Source: a virus. Taken from it: a DNA stretch of 64,000 bases. The position numbers and the translations under genes were made by a program. The stretch spans positions 96,001-160,000 of the IMG/VR virus record IMGVR_UViG_3300008952_000003. One strand, written 5' to 3'. Below, piece after piece: positions 63,798 to 64,000 of the stretch (position 1 is its first letter; the number at the start of each line of letters is the position of its first letter). The notes under the pieces were generated by a model. It saw only the letters and a program-made list of their open reading frames with translations, made no database searches and was not told the DNA's origin.

Positions 63798-64000
63798 TGA
63801 CCTATAAGCTTCTGTTTGCGTGTCTATTGATCCTAATGGGTCACACAGTATCTTGGTATGCGACATACTCACAATTCATATGGGATTGGTGCAAGAATAA
63901 TGTGATTTTGCTGCCATTGATTTTCTCAATTCCAACAGGGTACTTGTTCACTTATGGTATGAGGTTCGCAGTCCAGGAGATGGGCGAAGCCTGGGGCCCC
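63797..64000 (+). CDS. Membrane protein, 3'-truncated by window edge
   Basis: GTG overlapping the upstream TAG; MTYKLLFACLLILMGHTVSWY...ILLPLIFSIPTGYLF, open to the end. Confidence 0.55.
   Translation, partial: MTYKLLFACLLILMGHTVSWYATYSQFIWDWCKNNVILLPLIFSIPTGYLFTYGMRFAVQEMGEAWGP

Noticed and set aside
1-64000. Stop-codon reassignment as seen in some jumbo phages
   Set aside because: Long conserved genes are uninterrupted in code 11, and TAA, TAG and TGA all terminate genes at sensible positions.
1-64000. tRNA, rRNA or tmRNA genes
   Set aside because: Intergenic gaps are short and none showed cloverleaf or T-loop signatures by eye; tRNAscan-SE/ARAGORN would be decisive.
1-64000. Bacterial chromosome or prophage interpretation based on recA, dnaE, groEL, purA, clpP and prkA
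   Set aside because: These genes are divergent, intermixed with a full T4-like virion module, all co-oriented, and lack normal bacterial operon neighbours; no integrase or att site was seen.

Overview
The window looks like a 64-kb segment of a large, probably jumbo, T4-like contractile-tailed bacteriophage. Every credible gene is on the + strand, the genetic code is standard and genes are densely packed. About 1-28.8 kb is a virion module: tail fibre genes, a bS21-like ribosomal protein, scaffold, gp23-like major capsid, neck proteins, sheath, tube, tail chaperone, tape measure and baseplate. A complete YeaH(DUF444)-SpoVR-PrkA(YeaG) operon is inserted in it, coupled to a neck gene. About 28.8-64 kb is a replication, nucleotide and host-takeover module: minimal PolA, tubulin/FtsZ-like protein, gp32-like SSB, SlyD, RecA, J-domain protein, 5'-3' exonuclease, DnaB, class II RNR, GroES, DnaE, PurA, Smr, an EcoRI/MunI-like R-M pair, ParB-like protein, dUTPase, IMPDH/GMPR, ClpP, a YkuD-like peptidase, GroEL, and an Ig-repeat/VWA lipoprotein. 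Two promoter classes are readable: ten TTGACA-N16/17-TATAnT-type sigma70 promoters before replication/metabolic genes, and an ACTATTTA-like motif before structural genes. No tRNA, rRNA, CRISPR array, integrase or transposase was recognised. Family assignments come from motif recognition by eye; no database searches were run.
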